A stretch of 64,000 nucleotides of DNA. Origin: Adineta vaga (Eukaryota; Animalia; Rotifera). Positions 63,306-64,000 of this stretch are shown piece by piece (position 1 is the stretch's first letter; each line of letters opens with the position of its first letter). Location of the stretch: positions 12,772,001-12,836,000 of the forward strand of contig CP075497.1 of NCBI GenBank assembly GCA_021613535.1, given 5' to 3'. Under the pieces are notes generated by a model. It saw only the letters and a program-made list of their open reading frames with translations, ran no database searches and had not been told where the DNA came from. A program made the translations under genes and the position numbers.

Positions 63306-64000
63306 TAAAGTTTAAATCAAAAGTAATACAGTAATAGATGGATGCAAAAGTCGCAATGTGAGTAAAAGAAAGAGTATTTCATCGCATTCAGGATTCATTT
63401 TACCGATTAACGACAGACTAAATGATCTAGAACTTGAGCTTATATATTGCTGCTATACTCGCGCTTGTGCTTGTCTTTTTTCATCTTGATTGTGAAAAAA
63501 TAAATATTTGAAACATAGTAGAAGGTGAATGATTTTCTAGTCAGAGATTTCTGATTATTATACAAAGAATGGCACATGTAAAACATATCCAGAAAAAGAA
63601 CAAATTTTAGGAGAGGAACAAATAACAAGATCTATTTAGATCCGAATGCGCTGATTATTCAACACTTCTGATACTGCTGACTTGCTTTGATACCTTAGAG
63701 GTGTTAGTGTGCTTTCTATATTCATTGAAATTTTCATTTCGAAACAAATCAAACTATTTCCTATACATTCTCGGAAAGCGCTAATAAACGAAAAAATGGG
63801 TCAACATTGAAATCGATAATTGTTCACATGCATTGTTGAGCTCATCTGTAAGTAGCGAAAGGACAAGTTTTTTTTGCATAAACAACGTTTGATTTATTTG
63901 ATTCTATCGCAATATATGGAATTCAAAGCGGATGATTACTTTACTAGAACCAGAAGAGAGGATTTCATTAGGAGTATGCTCTTATTCTGTCTGTCAATTC

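Overview
AT-rich eukaryotic DNA with short (about 45-65 nt) GT-AG introns. The gene content (ART-TPR, NHL, F-box, FG-GAP, rhodopsin-like GPCR, several bacterial/fungal-type enzymes) strongly suggests a bdelloid rotifer such as Adineta or Rotaria; this is an inference. The window holds a CACTA/EnSpm-type transposon at the left end, a 4.27-kb pogo-type element with about 600-bp TIRs inserted at a TA inside an ART-TPR gene, a decayed Ginger/SCAND3-like integrase and several MITEs. There are about 20 genes or pseudogenes, many of them horizontal-transfer candidates: a GT32 SUR1-like glycosyltransferase, two alpha/beta hydrolases, an MDR-SDR fusion, a GRE2-like reductase and a Bacteroidetes-like small protein. 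The most striking unexplained structure is a recurring 45-80 nt non-coding inverted motif. It consists of 2-4 degenerate TGAGGG/TGTGGG hexamers, a variable 10-30 nt spacer, and 2-4 CCCTCA/CCCACA hexamers. These hexamers match the telomeric repeats reported for bdelloids, and they sit head-to-head as in a telomere-fusion scar. Ten copies occur at almost every gene boundary from 23.9 to 52.9 kb, with weaker copies at 6.2, 7.6 and 16.3 kb. Each gene block is therefore bracketed like a miniature telomere-capped chromosome. Two copies lie between convergent paralog pairs. Other notable items are a spliced ART-TM-FG-GAP receptor, a probably catalytically dead GH9, a compact polyol transport/oxidoreductase cluster, and a secreted protein with 29 regularly spaced N-glycosylation sequons.
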